Below the pieces are notes generated by a model, which was not told the origin of the DNA, did no database searches, and saw nothing but the letters and a program-made list of their open reading frames with translations. Of a stretch of DNA of 18,358 bases, positions 1 through 8,434 are shown in pieces (position 1 is the first letter of the stretch; every line of letters starts with the position of its first letter). The DNA is from Silvanigrellaceae bacterium (GTDB lineage Bacteria > Bdellovibrionota_B > Oligoflexia > Silvanigrellales > Silvanigrellaceae): positions 1 to 18,358 of the forward strand of contig JBMSQQ010000066.1 in the NCBI GenBank assembly GCA_049423385.1. Reading direction: 5' to 3'. The position numbers and the translations under genes were made by a program.

Positions 1-54
1 CCCGCGACCCTCGCCATGGCAAGGCGATGCTCTAGCCAACTGAGCTATTCCCGC
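1..54 (-). tRNA. tRNA-Gly (anticodon GCC), partial; the 3' end lies beyond the window start
   Basis: The reverse complement reads GCGGGAATAGCTCAGTTGGCTAGAGCATCGCCTTGCCATGGCGAGGGTCGCGGG. This gives a typical tRNA-Gly 5' acceptor strand and D-arm, anticodon stem TCGCC/GGCGA with loop TT-GCC-AT, and the start of the T-arm. Confidence 0.96.
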
Positions 55-69
55 ACGAAGTGAGATGGG

Positions 70-99
70 GTGTTACTTGAGCGTGACCAGTCTTGTCAA
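70..99 (-). promoter_or_regulatory. Putative sigma-70 promoter for tRNA-Gly
   Basis: Minus strand: perfect TTGACA (99-94), 18 nt spacer, weak -10 TAACAC (75-70), then a short C run, ending 15 nt upstream of the tRNA 5' end. Confidence 0.4.
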
Positions 100-188
100 G
101 TCCAGATGAGCGGTGTGTTCTTGGTTCCTGGGCCGAGGTGTAATAAAAGGAAGGGATTCAAGTTTTTTGTCCAACAGGAGAGCAAAGT

Positions 189-2015
189 GTGAGGTTGAAC
201 GAGCGGCATGACAGTGCGTCAACCTGGAGGTCCTTCGGTCGCAATTATGCCGTGAGGCTCGCGTGCCATTTTGCAATGGCTATTTTTCTGTGGATAAGTC
301 TGCTGCTTTACGAAGAACTGAAACGATCTTTGCCGTTGGTTTCAGGGACTGGAATTTGGGCTGGTTTTGCTCAACATTTCGAACGGTTTGCTTCGGATGC
401 CAGGCCGGCGGTGATTGCCGGATTGCTGACATTGGCTTGTGTCAGCTGGGCGTGGACGTCATTGACCGTTGCGCTTCCTCTTTGGGGTTCCCTTCTTTTT
501 TGTTCTGCGATGGTTGGTGTCGGAGGACTGATTGCACGCTTTCCGATTCCCGAACAGGCCTCGCACTGGTTGATCAAATTCGGTCCAGAATCTCCGCGTT
601 TTTTTCAGTTGGGGTTGGTTGTCGCCGCGGGAGGTTTGTCGCTCGCATTTTTATTCACAAAATTGTCGCGACAATATGACAGACTCAACCGCGACAGGTT
701 GATATTGTCACCGGCCGAGGAAGACTTCGCTATCCGTTCCATCATTCAATCCACACTTTGCTTTCTTCTGATCCTGTTGGGTGGATTGGTTTTATGGAAC
801 GTCGCCAACACGCATCCGGTGCCAGCGGTTGCGCAAGCTGATTCTCGTGAAACAAAGCCTTCCGTCCTGCTGCTTGCAGTCGACTCCGACATGTAGTCTG
901 TGCATCTCAGGAAGCGCCTCGGGGATCCTTTTTTTCAATCATGGGTCGTGTTCGGAAGTCCGAACCTGGGTGCGAAGTTCGACGAGGTTTTGCAGTGCAG
1001 GTATCCTATTCGACTCATTGGTCAGAGCACGCGGCAAAAGCCAAGTGATGAAAGCAGGGATGTAAAAGATTTCTTCGTTCCGGCTGCTTTGGAAAATTCA
1101 GGCTACCTTGCCAATTTGCTGCATACATCCACGCCCGGCGAAGGCAGTGAATCCCTAAAGATGCTTTCTCGAAATTACGCCCATATCAGGCTTTTTAGAA
1201 GATTTGGCTTGTTGCTTCCTTCCAGGGTTTTCTACACCCCGGATGTCCAACTCTCGCAAATCAGGGAGGGCTTGAGTCAAGCTGTTGCTCGTGGAAAGGC
1301 AGCATTTCTGACGGCGACCCTTCTCACCAGGAACGGACGAACACAAACCAGCGAAGACAGCAGTCAATTCGAGACTTTCTTGCGTGCTTTGGCGGACCAT
1401 GGTTGGTTTCGCAACTTTATTGTCGTCCTCTTCGAGTTTCCAAAAGGACCAACTGAAAATAAAACAGATCAATTGTCGATCGCGGCAACTTCGGCCAGAG
1501 TTTCAATGTGGGCAACCGGCCCAATGTCTGATTCAAGTCTTATTCCATCGCCTCCAAAACTTGTCAGGGGTATTGACGTTGGTGCGAGTTTGGCTGCCAG
1601 GCTGAGACTGTCGTCTGTTGTCGCGCACTGTGACGGATTCGCGCTGTTTGACATCTCCGAGAGGCCATCGATTTTTCCAAGGGAGCTGGTTTATCAGGAG
1701 GTGGATGTTGATGAGGAAAAGGATGTCTTCAGAAAAAGAGGATGGCTGACGTCGGATGGATATCGTCTCGAAATCAGGGAGAGCCATGAGGGGGCGAGCA
1801 CGGCGACATTTCGTTTTTCACTGAACCCGATCTCTTCAGGTTCCGGCCGTTTCTTGATGGATGAAAAAAATGTTCAGGAGCCTTCAATCCGAATCGAATT
1901 GAACAGACAGATCGATGATTTTTTAAAATCCGCTGGTGTTGAGATTTTGAGTCTTGGAAATGGGCGAGTGGCCTACTCTGAACCGTTTCGACGTGTTCAG
2001 TTGTTGGAGAAATAA
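189..2015 (+). pseudogene. Membrane-anchored sulfatase/alkaline-phosphatase-fold protein (about 608 codons) interrupted by one in-frame TAG at 894-896; the ORF track splits it into 189..896 and 900..2015
   Basis: AGGAG (176-180) precedes GTG189. The N-terminal part has about 5 hydrophobic TM-like segments. KPSVLLLAVDS, resembling the first strand of the sulfatase fold, lies just before the TAG. The same frame continues with sulfatase-like motifs (CRYPIRLIG, ALENSGY, GWFRNFIVVL, ARVSMWATGP, LVRGIDVGASL, DGFAL). There is no Shine-Dalgarno before GTG900. Could be a nonsense mutation, a sequencing error or readthrough. Confidence 0.7.
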
Positions 2016-2033
2016 TCCGATGCAGGTGCCAAA

Positions 2034-4781
2034 TTGAGATTCGAAGTTGTAAAAAAGGCCGCTCTTCTGAGGGATGCGATTGCAGTCGGAACGCAGCAGT
2101 CCCTGGGTCGCTTTATTCTTTGGCTGGGTTGTCACGGAATCAGTCTTCCTTGGTACCAATGGGCTGAGTCGAGTGTGTCGGCACAAACTCTCGAGCGTTA
2201 CAGACGGCGTGCGATGGTGGCCCGCCTTCGGGTTCAGAGATTCAAGATTTCGCGGGGACCTTTTTTTCTGCGGGGATCCCTCGAGAATTTTTTTGTTTTT
2301 TTGCGAATTATGCAGTTCCCGGCTCTTTTGTTCCTGAAATTTTTTGGCGCATTTGCATTGTGCTTGTTGCCTTTGACTGCGTTCTTTTTGATTCGTGTCT
2401 ACTTGCCGGTACCTCAACGGATGGCTCGTTTGCAGACTTCATTGAATATGAATCTTGTCGACAAGGCGGATGCCTTGCGGCCTCGAGTCTTGAGACTGGA
2501 TCCGTTGCAACCACTTTCGTCAGCGGAATCGGACGACTCAGCAGGGGAACGATTCTTTGATTTCAGACCGATCGACATCAGGACCAGCGAAGGGATATTG
2601 ATTCAAGGTCGTGGCGGAGCTCATGAAGAAACCTATCGAGGATGGAGGCTCAACCCCGGAAGAGATTTGTTGGTTGCGTTGCCTCCCGAGGTGGATTCTC
2701 GAACCGTCCGTCTCAAGTACAAGTCCATACCCGGCTATTTTGGGACGGGTCTCTGTAAAATAGAAGTCACCACAGATGTCGGAGAGTTTGTTTTTGCATC
2801 AACCTTCGACGCCCAGCCGGCTGCAGGCCATAGATTTCTGAAGACTCCCCTGACTCGCAGACTTCAAGAAAAGCTGATGCCTGATTTGGCGCAAAATCAA
2901 GTTTCGTTGCCGTCAATACCCATTTCGCTGAACATGCCGTCGGGAAAACACAGTCTCAGGTTTAGCCTTAAAAGAATTGACGATGGAGACCGGCGGGCGT
3001 GTGATCTGTTGCTTTATGGTTTTGAGAAAAACAGGGCAACAGAAAGTACCAGTCGCAACGCAAAAAAAAACCTGCTGTTTCTGCTGTTCAGGTCTTTGAA
3101 TTCCGATGCAGCCATGGATGGAAAAATGATGCCCTGGATGGCTTCCGTCTTGAGAACTTCAAAAGGGGTGATATTCAATCAGCATCATGCACTGGATCTT
3201 CGCGACAACCAATCTTTTCGAACTTTGATGGCAATATCTGATGAGGAACATGCCGGTGGGCGATTGTCGGATCAGAATCTTTTTGAGCGGGCCCGTGAGA
3301 ATGGATACAAGACCATTGTTATTGGGGATCTGGACTCATCCGATTTGCAGACAAGGATGATCCCCGATGTCATGGTTCGTGTTTCAAATGCGACTTATCA
3401 GCCAAGACTCGTGTTGACACAACTGATGAGGGTTCTGGAGGAGGAATCCAGTTCGCCTTTGTTTGTGGTCGTTCGGCTTGCTGGGATGCATTCTCCTTGG
3501 TGGCCAGTCTTTGGAACAATAGAATTCAAGAACATGTTCTTTGGTGGCGAGCATCGGGGTGTCATGGATGCGCTCCTGTATTCGCATTCCAGGTCTCTCG
3601 ACAATGAATTGAAGTGGCATTTTGGAGAGCTCAGGAAGGCTGGATTGTTCAGCAAGTATGATATGGTTGTCAGCGCTGAGAAAGGTATCGACCTTGGGCT
3701 TCAGCGTTCAATTCACCAAGCTGACAAAGTGACTTTCACCACCGATCTTCTTCTCAACGAGGATTCACTCAAAGTTCCCCTCGCTTATTTGCCTGCATCG
3801 GCGCTGTCCGAGCAGAACAATGAGACATTGCAGGTTGTCCAGAATGTGAGCACTCATTTTGATTTGTCCCGGACCCTTTGGGAGACGTTGGGAATCAGTG
3901 ATGCGAGGTTCCCGGTGGATGCACGGCGTCTGTGGCGAGCGTCTTCATTTGTGCAGTCGAGAGGAAGTTTGTTTTCGTCTGTGCCACAAGGTGATGGAGA
4001 ACAGATTAAATTGCTGCCTATCCACAGTAGAATTCAGGAAGGTGTTTTGTTTGTTGATCCAAATTCCGGCTCTGGATTTTTGAAGTACGTGTCGCAAGCG
4101 GTGCCGGCACAGATGACGACCCGGAGCGTTGATGGTTGGCCAAGCCGGCAAATTGTCTATTTCCCGGCGGGGGAGCAATTCAGGCAAGTGTCCCGCAAAG
4201 GTGGTCGGGAGGAAGTTCTGGGTCGGGTCAACAGTCGCTTCATTCGCGATTCACGCAGAATGATTCGGATGGGCAGAAGGTTTCCCTTGCGTTTCCGTTT
4301 TCAATTTCATTCATCAATGCCAATTGATCTGAAAATTGAGGAGCAAAGTGCAAAGGAGAGTGGACTCGCGGATGAGTTGCCGCCTGATCTGAAAAGGGAA
4401 AGTTTTCGCAAGGATGAAAAAACACTCACGCATCGCTTTTTCGGTCAAGTCAAGGATGGTCAGGTTTTGGAAGTTTTCGGAAGCTTGAATCAACTGCGTT
4501 TACTTGATTTGGCTGGACAAATTGATTTTGTAGCTTGTCCGGAAGCTTTCATTTTCAAATCCGAATTCTTGAACTTGGCCATTTCCCAGAAGTCTGCGTG
4601 CCTTTTGGAGAATCCCGATCCGCAAAGGATTGACAGATTGAAGGCCCGTGGACACAGGGTTGTTTCCGTATGGTTGGTGGAAGATGAAAAGCAAATCTGT
4701 AAAGAGCGTCACGAATCAGAAATTGGCGAAGCGTACTCGGACTGCATCGAAACCGAGGCTTCTCAAGTCCGTCGAGATTGA
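2034..4781 (+). CDS. Large membrane-anchored protein with a degenerate sulfatase/alkaline-phosphatase-like domain (start codon uncertain)
   Basis: 915-aa ORF with a hydrophobic segment at about aa 85-125. Central motifs align by eye to the sulfatase scaffold: KKNLLFLLFRSL, MMPWM...GVIFNQHHA, ARENGYKTIVIG, PLFVVVRLAGMHSPW, LRKAGLFSKYDMVVSAEKG, LNEDSLKVPL, VSTHFDLSRTLWETLGI. Confidence 0.7.
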   Translation: MRFEVVKKAALLRDAIAVGTQQSLGRFILWLGCHGISLPWYQWAESSVSAQTLERYRRRAMVARLRVQRFKISRGPFFLRGSLENFFVFLRIMQFPALLFLKFFGAFALCLLPLTAFFLIRVYLPVPQRMARLQTSLNMNLVDKADALRPRVLRLDPLQPLSSAESDDSAGERFFDFRPIDIRTSEGILIQGRGGAHEETYRGWRLNPGRDLLVALPPEVDSRTVRLKYKSIPGYFGTGLCKIEVTTDVGEFVFASTFDAQPAAGHRFLKTPLTRRLQEKLMPDLAQNQVSLPSIPISLNMPSGKHSLRFSLKRIDDGDRRACDLLLYGFEKNRATESTSRNAKKNLLFLLFRSLNSDAAMDGKMMPWMASVLRTSKGVIFNQHHALDLRDNQSFRTLMAISDEEHAGGRLSDQNLFERARENGYKTIVIGDLDSSDLQTRMIPDVMVRVSNATYQPRLVLTQLMRVLEEESSSPLFVVVRLAGMHSPWWPVFGTIEFKNMFFGGEHRGVMDALLYSHSRSLDNELKWHFGELRKAGLFSKYDMVVSAEKGIDLGLQRSIHQADKVTFTTDLLLNEDSLKVPLAYLPASALSEQNNETLQVVQNVSTHFDLSRTLWETLGISDARFPVDARRLWRASSFVQSRGSLFSSVPQGDGEQIKLLPIHSRIQEGVLFVDPNSGSGFLKYVSQAVPAQMTTRSVDGWPSRQIVYFPAGEQFRQVSRKGGREEVLGRVNSRFIRDSRRMIRMGRRFPLRFRFQFHSSMPIDLKIEEQSAKESGLADELPPDLKRESFRKDEKTLTHRFFGQVKDGQVLEVFGSLNQLRLLDLAGQIDFVACPEAFIFKSEFLNLAISQKSACLLENPDPQRIDRLKARGHRVVSVWLVEDEKQICKERHESEIGEAYSDCIETEASQVRRD

Positions 4782-5409
4782 ACAAATCTTTAAAACTCTT
4801 GAAGAGCTTTGGCCTGATGCGCACTGCGAGCTGGACCACAACAACACTTTTCAATTGCTGATCGCAGTGGTCTTGAGCGCGCAGACAACGGACAAGGCTG
4901 TCAACAAAGCTCTTGCGCCGCTGTTGAAGTCTACACCTCAATTCTCGCCTGCTGACCTGATTCAAATGGGTGAAAAGAAGTTCCTCGATGTCATCAAGAG
5001 TATCGGTCTTGCCCCCACCAAGGCCCGCAATTCGCTCGCTCTTGCCAAGCAGCTCGTGGCTCTTCACAACGGGAGTGTTCCTTTGGACAGGGCCTCATTG
5101 GAGGCGCTTCCCGGGGTGGGGCGCAAAACGGCCAATGTTGTGTTGAATGTTGCTGCCGGCTTGCCGACGATGGCAGTTGATACCCATGTGGCCCGGGTCA
5201 GTGTTCGTATGGGGCTCGTTTCAAAAACCGACAATCGTCTTCAAATCGAAGAGGAACTTTTGGCAAGAGTTCCTTCAAAATGGGGTGTGATTGCTCACCA
5301 TCTGTTGATTTTTCATGGTCGATACCACTGCACTGCGCGTGCTCCCAAATGTGAGACATGTCCGGTATTTGCGCTCTGCAAGCGTACTGGAATTGACTCA
5401 GCCGGGTAG
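4684..5409 (+). CDS. nth: Endonuclease III (HhH-GPD DNA glycosylase/AP lyase with 4Fe-4S cluster)
   Basis: Motifs FQLLIAVVLSAQTTDKAVN, HhH LPGVGRKTANVVL, AVDTHV, HHLLIFHGRYHC and FeS motif C-x6-C-x2-C-x5-C (CTARAPKCETCPVFALC). ATG4684 preceded by GGTGG is preferred over GTG4648. Confidence 0.97.
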   Translation: MKSKSVKSVTNQKLAKRTRTASKPRLLKSVEIEQIFKTLEELWPDAHCELDHNNTFQLLIAVVLSAQTTDKAVNKALAPLLKSTPQFSPADLIQMGEKKFLDVIKSIGLAPTKARNSLALAKQLVALHNGSVPLDRASLEALPGVGRKTANVVLNVAAGLPTMAVDTHVARVSVRMGLVSKTDNRLQIEEELLARVPSKWGVIAHHLLIFHGRYHCTARAPKCETCPVFALCKRTGIDSAG

Positions 5410-5480
5410 GTCATTTTTTAAAAAACCTTGAGTTCTTATGGTGTCTTTCCGAGGCTGATCCAACAAGGCCGGGGGTGGTT

Positions 5481-6191
5481 ATGTTTGCCAAGCGTTCAGT
5501 GTCGGCTGCCTGGTTGGTGTTGACTGTGGGCTGTTCTGCGCAACCTGTTGCGACTCTCGCTCCGGTCGCTCAGACGAGCAACAAATCAGACGGCGGTCCG
5601 ATTCAATCACCAAAAACATCGGATCAAATCAGCAGCACAAATCAAACCGGCAGCCCGACGAACTCCCAGACAACCTCCCCGAACGGCGGTGGTTCGAGCA
5701 CCGTTCAGCCTTACACGTTTGCCGAGGCGCAGGTGTTTTGTGCTGGCTGCCACTCGGCAACGGGTTCGGCGGCAGCGTTCTGGAACAAGGCAGCTGGCGA
5801 TGAATCCGTTTGGAAAACCGAAGAGCCAACCATCCGTGCTGCCGTGCAGTTCAACATGCCCAAGGGAATCACTATCGACAAACAACGCTTCTATGCGTTT
5901 CTGGACAAGCTGAAAGGTGTGTCGAGTGGAACCGGTACGGGAAGCGGCACCAACATGCCGGGTGTTTCGACGTTCGATACGATGAAATTGGCCTGTGTGG
6001 GTTGTCATGGTCCCGGAAAAAGTCAATCAGGTAAATTTTTGCTGAGCGAGACAGATCAGAGCTCCTGGAAAAATTTGAAAGACAAAATCATAGGCGCCGT
6101 GAACAGTTCCGATGAACCTATGCCTCCTCCCGGCGGTTTTACGGACGCTGCTGCGAAACAGGCATTTCTCAATTTCATCAACAGTCTCTGA
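5481..6191 (+). CDS. Di-heme c-type cytochrome lipoprotein (two duplicated heme domains behind a Ser/Thr/Gln/Pro-rich linker)
   Basis: Signal peptide with lipobox-like LTVG-C. CAGCH (5739-5753) and CVGCH (5994-6008) are each followed by a Met-Pro (FNMPK, EPMPP) that could supply the axial ligand. G-rich RBS lies before ATG5481. Confidence 0.8.
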   Translation: MFAKRSVSAAWLVLTVGCSAQPVATLAPVAQTSNKSDGGPIQSPKTSDQISSTNQTGSPTNSQTTSPNGGGSSTVQPYTFAEAQVFCAGCHSATGSAAAFWNKAAGDESVWKTEEPTIRAAVQFNMPKGITIDKQRFYAFLDKLKGVSSGTGTGSGTNMPGVSTFDTMKLACVGCHGPGKSQSGKFLLSETDQSSWKNLKDKIIGAVNSSDEPMPPPGGFTDAAAKQAFLNFINSL

Positions 6192-6240
6192 AATGTTGAA
6201 AATCGTTTGTTCTGGATGTTCATTGTAACCTCATAAATTT

Positions 6241-6495
6241 GAAGAGGGGTTGCACGAAGATTTTGAGAAATTTCTTGAACGCCTCGCTCCTCACGACCCC
6301 GTGTCGAATTATCAACACAACAAAACCGGTGAAGACAATGGAGATGCTCACGTCAAACGCCAGTTGTTTGGTCGTGAAGTTGTTGTTGCCATTACGGAAG
6401 GACGTCTCGACTTTGGTCCGTGGGAGCAGATTTTTTATGGCGAATTCGACGGTCAAAGGAAAAACCGAGTGCTTGTAAAGATAATTGGCGCCTGA
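6241..6495 (+). pseudogene. yjbQ: 5'-truncated YjbQ/UPF0047 (secondary thiamine-phosphate synthase family) remnant
   Basis: [20 protein letters not shown]...[48 protein letters not shown] is the conserved C-terminal ~60% of YjbQ. An in-frame TAA at 6226-6228 and only ~50 nt to the upstream gene leave no room for the N-terminal ~55 aa, including the H-x-T-A motif. Confidence 0.8.
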
Positions 6496-6629
6496 TTTTT
6501 GTCCGGGCACGACAATGGTCGTATCGTCTAGAGTGCTGAAAATATGGATTTTGAGAAAAGGTATGGTTGATTGACACCCTTCGCGCCTTCAATTCCCTGA
6601 TTCGTTTTTTTTGTTTTGGAGAGTCGATG

Positions 6630-7103
6630 ATGAGCTTGAAAAATAAGCTGCAGGTTGCAACGGGTTTTGTCGCGGTGTTGGGAATTGCAGGCGGATTGTT
6701 GCTTGTTGCATGCGGAAAAGATGAAGATGAAGGTAGTGAATTCATGAGCCCTGGCGAAAATTGTCTCAGTTGCCATGGTTCAGGCGGAAAAGCCGCAAAG
6801 GAAGCTCAATTCACTTTGGCTGGCACAGTGTTTTCAGCAGCCACTTCGAGCACCGACCAGGGTCTTGAGGGTGTTAAAATCGACATTACGGATTCAGCTG
6901 GAAAAGCAATTTCCCTGACCAGCAACAGGGTTGGAAACTTTTTCACATCTCAGGCGATTTCATACCCATTGAAAACTGTGAAGGTCTCGAAAAACGGTAA
7001 AGAGGCTTCGATGGGAACGCAGGTTTCCTCGGGTGGCTGTGCAAGTTGTCACGCACAGCCAGCAGCGGGTGGAGCTCCTGGCCGGCTTTACCTCTCGCTT
7101 TGA
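6630..7103 (+). CDS. Di-heme c-type cytochrome lipoprotein with a central carboxypeptidase-regulatory-like beta-sandwich (start ATG6627 or 6630)
   Basis: RBS GGAGAG at 6618-6623 and lipobox LVA-C. MSPGENCLSCH (CxxCH 6762-6776), then AGTVF...GVKIDITDSAG...TSNRVGNFF, then CASCH (7038-7052) and terminal GAPGRL. Confidence 0.82.
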   Translation: MSLKNKLQVATGFVAVLGIAGGLLLVACGKDEDEGSEFMSPGENCLSCHGSGGKAAKEAQFTLAGTVFSAATSSTDQGLEGVKIDITDSAGKAISLTSNRVGNFFTSQAISYPLKTVKVSKNGKEASMGTQVSSGGCASCHAQPAAGGAPGRLYLSL

Positions 7104-7106
7104 TTT

Positions 7107-8216
7107 TTAGACGTTGAACAGGAAGTGCATGATGTCTCCGTCTTTGCAGACGTACTCTTTGCCTTCCTTGCGATACAGGCCGGCTTCCTTGACTTTCGCT
7201 TCAGTGCCCAGCCGGAACAGGTCATCGCAAGCGTAAACTTCTGCACAAATGAATCCCTTTTCGAAGTCACTGTGAATCACGCCTGCTGCTTGAGGAGCTT
7301 TCGTTTCCTTGCGGATTGTCCAGGCTCGGACTTCCTGCACGCCGGCCGTGAAATAAGTCTGAAGTCCGAGAAGTTCATAGCCTGCACGGATGAGACGATT
7401 GAGTCCAGGCTCGGTTTGTCCAAGGGATTCGAGATATTGTTTTGCCTCATCTGCCTCAAGCTGGCTCAGTTCTTCTTCAAGCCTTGCAGAGACGACCACA
7501 ACTCCAGAGCCTTCTTTGGCTGCAATTTGTTGAACAGCTTGAACGTGTTTGTTCGAGACCGCCATATCGGCAAGGTCCGACTCACTGACGTTGCATGCGT
7601 ATAGAACTGGTTTTGCAGTGATCAAATGCAGCGATTTGAGAAATTCAAGTTCTTCTTCGTTGCAACCAGGCAGAAAAGATCTCGCTGGTTTGAGTTGCTC
7701 CAGATGCGCCTTGAGGCGACTTCCCACATCATGACTGGACAAGACCTTTTTGTCGTTGCCCTTCAACGATTTGGACAAGCGCTCAACGCTTTTTCCAACA
7801 GTCTCGAAGTCTGCGTAAACGAGTTCAGTGTTGATTGTATCGATGTCACGGGCAGGGTCGGTGCTTCCATCCACATGGATCACATCGCCGTCTTCAAAAC
7901 AGCGAACGACGTGCACGATGGCATCCACTTGCCGAATGTGGCCCAGGAACTGGTTTCCCAGCCCTTCGCCTCGGCTGGCTCCTCGCACAAGTCCTGCAAT
8001 GTCAACGAACTCGATAAACGTCGGGAGAACTCTTTTGCTCTTTATGATGCCGTCGATGCGTTGCAGGCGCTCGTCAGGGACAGCAACCCGGCCCACGTTG
8101 GGGTCAATCGTACAAAAGGGGTAGTTGGCTGCTTGTGCTCCCGCCTTGGTTACTGCATTGAAAAGAGTGGACTTTCCGACGTTTGGCAAGCCAACGATCC
8201 CACAATTGAAGCCCAT
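7107..8216 (-). CDS. ychF: Redox-regulated ribosome-binding ATPase YchF (Obg family)
   Basis: [87 protein letters not shown]. Strong AGGAGG RBS (8226-8221) fixes the start at ATG8216. Confidence 0.98.
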   Translation of the reverse strand: MGFNCGIVGLPNVGKSTLFNAVTKAGAQAANYPFCTIDPNVGRVAVPDERLQRIDGIIKSKRVLPTFIEFVDIAGLVRGASRGEGLGNQFLGHIRQVDAIVHVVRCFEDGDVIHVDGSTDPARDIDTINTELVYADFETVGKSVERLSKSLKGNDKKVLSSHDVGSRLKAHLEQLKPARSFLPGCNEEELEFLKSLHLITAKPVLYACNVSESDLADMAVSNKHVQAVQQIAAKEGSGVVVVSARLEEELSQLEADEAKQYLESLGQTEPGLNRLIRAGYELLGLQTYFTAGVQEVRAWTIRKETKAPQAAGVIHSDFEKGFICAEVYACDDLFRLGTEAKVKEAGLYRKEGKEYVCKDGDIMHFLFNV

Positions 8217-8256
8217 GATACCTCCTACGATCTTTCCTGTAATCATCAACGGGTTG

Positions 8257-8328
8257 TCCATACCTGCGGGTCCCGGGTGAGGCAAGCTTTCTTCCTGCCG
8301 TTGACACCGCTTGAGAGCGTGCTAAAGG
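8257..8328. promoter_or_regulatory. Candidate back-to-back sigma-70 promoters for ychF (-) and fis-like/dnaB (+)
   Basis: Minus strand: TTGCCT (8285-8280), 17 nt, TATGGA (8262-8257). Plus strand: TTGACA (8301-8306), 16 nt, TAAAGG (8323-8328) preceded by TG. Both -10 elements are imperfect. Confidence 0.3.
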
Positions 8329-8434
8329 AGTGTCTCTGACTTCAGGTCCGGATTGCTCCGAAAATGGATTTTTGGTCTTGAAGTTGGCTTAAACAAAGCG
8401 GTTCCTCTTTGTATTTACCGAGGATGTAAGTAGA

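Noticed and set aside
1..188. tRNA-Gly as an integration site for a genomic island
   Set aside because: Islands insert at the tRNA 3' end, which lies outside the window. No integrase or duplicated tRNA 3' fragment was noticed here.
894..896. TAG reassignment (alternative genetic code or pyrrolysine) as the explanation of the in-frame stop
   Set aside because: nth, dnaB and the SLT-like gene end at TAG at their expected C-termini, no other gene has an internal TAG, and no pyl genes are in the window.
1393..1404. 'ADHG' in the first sulfatase-like protein as an intact metal-binding DHG motif
   Set aside because: It falls in the helix before the NFIVVL strand. The true SDHG position follows that strand and reads EFPKG.
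6193..6228. Mini-ORF MLKIVCSGCSL with a CxxC, in frame with the yjbQ remnant
   Set aside because: Only 11 codons, no RBS and no resemblance to the YjbQ N-terminus; likely chance.
6505..6520. Sigma-54-like GGCACG element upstream of the second cytochrome
   Set aside because: The -12 position reads TGGT instead of TTGC/TGC, so the essential GC is missing.
7125..8339. Long plus-strand ORFs 7125..7604 and 7626..8339, and likewise 9127..9729 (-), 13905..14483 (-), 4555..5067 (-), 1923..2417 (-)
   Set aside because: They are antisense shadows of well-supported genes (ychF, dnaB, HD-GYP, nth, sulfatase-like) with no recognisable motifs.
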